Assembly (NCBI GenBank): GCA_049424145.1
Contig: JBMSSC010000058.1
Span: 1-16,368 of the forward strand
DNA: 16,368 nt
Origin: Bdellovibrionia bacterium
Lineage (GTDB): Bacteria > Bdellovibrionota > UBA1018
Direction: 5' to 3'
A model generated the notes under the pieces. The model saw only the letters and a program-made list of their open reading frames with translations, did no database searches and had not been told where the DNA came from. Below, in pieces: positions 15,832 through 16,368 of this stretch. A program made the position numbers and the translations under genes. Each line of letters begins with the position of its first letter. Position 1 is the first letter of the stretch.

Positions 15832-15886
15832 CTTGGCTAACTTGCAAAGCTAAAGTTGCTCCGGTGCCTCTGAGTTTTTTCTCTTT

Positions 15887-16368
15887 TCACTTGAGCGTAG
15901 GAAGTCTGGTCCCGCTGAGAGCCGCCTCAATCATCTGCCAGGCTAAGTCTTGATCCAGTCCGTCCGGGTCATGCAGCCCTAGCTTTTCTCGCCAAGACTC
16001 AGGCGCCTCAGGATGGGGTCCGGATAAGAAGATCATCCCTTTGCCGGTATCTGCTTGGATGATGGCAGCCTGATCCGTGTCCTCGTATCGAGCAATGACG
16101 CCGTGCGGGACTTCAGGCAAAGAAGGTCCTCCCCACCAAAGTACACTTCGAACAGAGCTATTTGCAAACCTCAGTCCTACCATTGCATACTCGATTCCTT
16201 CATCCTCCAAATGGTAGTAGGGGAGGGACTCTTGAGAAAGAAGCGAAAACCCCGTGTCAGGAGCGATTGCAGAGCCTTGAGCCTCAGGTCCTACCGCAAT
16301 AAAAGCTCCTGCACAAAATCCCACAAAATTCACTCCGTACTCCCGAACGGCACGACGAATCCAGAGAT
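15887..16368 (-). CDS. BPL-N / class I glutamine amidotransferase-like domain protein, 3' part; start lies beyond the window
   Basis: Frame is open to the window edge (LWIRRAVREYGVNFVGFCAGAF). Nucleophile elbow GFCAGA, 'GGP', 'IARY', 'AAII', 'GKG...LSGPHPE' match the biotin-protein-ligase N-terminal domain pattern. Confidence 0.8.
   Translation of the reverse strand, partial: LWIRRAVREYGVNFVGFCAGAFIAVGPEAQGSAIAPDTGFSLLSQESLPYYHLEDEGIEYAMVGLRFANSSVRSVLWWGGPSLPEVPHGVIARYEDTDQAAIIQADTGKGMIFLSGPHPEAPESWREKLGLHDPDGLDQDLAWQMIEAALSGTRLPTLK

Noticed and set aside
15832..15886. Possible intrinsic terminator between convergent nucleotidase and BPL-N genes
   Set aside because: Only a weak AT-rich stem (aactt/aagtt) that is not adjacent to the T-run; not supportable.
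1..16368. CRISPR arrays, tRNA/rRNA, IS elements, prophage or defence genes
   Set aside because: No spaced repeats, cloverleaf or rRNA signatures, or transposase/integrase motifs seen; almost all sequence is accounted for by housekeeping or envelope CDS.

Overview
A compact, mostly housekeeping bacterial region of roughly 50% GC (by eye). Gene order (rnc-era-der; TPR-BamB-OMP-OMP; Rrf2-iscS-mnmA-mtaB) and a cN-II-type nucleotidase suggest a Bdellovibrionota/deltaproteobacteria-like organism (inference). Left to right: the 5' end of an NAD(P)H-hydrate repair gene (YjeF/Nnr, minus strand, missed by the ORF track); a divergent operon of Rrf2/IscR-like regulator, cysteine desulfurase, MnmA-like protein, a small ORF and MtaB; an exported 5'-nucleotidase-family metallophosphoesterase with a C-terminal CARDB-like domain; rnc-era-der; a convergent operon of YfgM-like TPR, BamB-like lipoprotein and two small beta-barrel OMPs; a small membrane protein coupled to a HAD-IG (cN-II) nucleotidase; and the 3' part of a BPL-N/GATase-like gene. 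I saw no mobile element, CRISPR array, tRNA or rRNA. The most interesting feature is the sulfur/tRNA operon. Its IscR-like protein has no cysteine at all. Its MnmA homologue is an intact ORF that keeps the CxxC+C triad but has lost the PP-loop Asp, tRNA-recognition residues and central-domain motifs. A hidden, translationally coupled 57-codon ORF links it to an intact MtaB. Also noted: a long irregular hairpin upstream of the operon, a possible 1-nt frameshift at the BamB start, and a likely near-leaderless OMP promoter.
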